Shown piece by piece: positions 63,890 to 64,000 of a stretch of DNA of 64,000 nt (positions are counted from its first letter, which is position 1; each line of letters starts with the position of its first letter). The translations under genes and the position numbers were made by a program. The DNA is from Camelus ferus (lineage: Eukaryota): contig NC_045696.1 in NCBI RefSeq assembly GCF_009834535.1, positions 115,756,001 through 115,820,000 of the forward strand, read 5' to 3'. The notes beneath the pieces are model-generated. The model saw only the letters and a program-made list of their open reading frames with translations. It had not been told where the DNA came from and did no database searches.

Positions 63890-64000
63890 TTTCCACTATA
63901 GTTCTATCAGAATTCCTGTCCAGTACATGTCTACCTGGGTTTTTGCTGCCTTCAACAGTGCCTGAAATGTAGTTACTACTCAGCAAACGTTTGTTGAATC
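63890..64000 (+). mobile_element. L2 3' tip
   Basis: AACAGTGCCTGAAATGTAGTTACTACTCAGCAAACGTTTGTTGAAT. Confidence 0.65.

Noticed and set aside
1..64000. CRISPR arrays, operons or prokaryotic-type systems
   Set aside because: The sequence is mammalian repeat-rich DNA with no regularly spaced repeat-spacer structure or long ORFs.

Overview
This is mammalian genomic DNA, almost certainly from a camelid. The evidence is four tRNA-Ala(AGC)-derived SINEs carrying the CCTAATTACCTCCCC tail typical of the camelid vic-1-type family, plus artiodactyl-type L1 3' ends. I found no protein-coding exon, intact retroelement ORF, functional RNA gene or CRISPR array. The ORF track consists of chance ORFs, simple-repeat ORFs and decayed L1 ORF2 or hAT transposase remnants. 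The window is AT-rich, repeat-dense and probably intergenic, since L1s and LTRs lie on both strands. It holds layered L2/MIR, MaLR (MLT1), ERVL/ERV1 solo LTRs, hAT/Tigger DNA transposon fossils and old and lineage-specific L1s. Family names come from my recall of consensus sequences and need RepeatMasker/Dfam confirmation. The most unusual structures are: (1) a TSD-flanked ~350-bp element made of an L1 5' terminus fused directly to an L1 3' terminus, a candidate non-autonomous bipartite L1 derivative; (2) a SINE whose B-box was folded back into an inverted copy and is followed by a ~380-bp pure-purine tract; (3) two short non-repeat dispersed duplications (66 bp and 33 bp); (4) a twin-primed inverted L1; (5) several motif-dense candidate enhancers.
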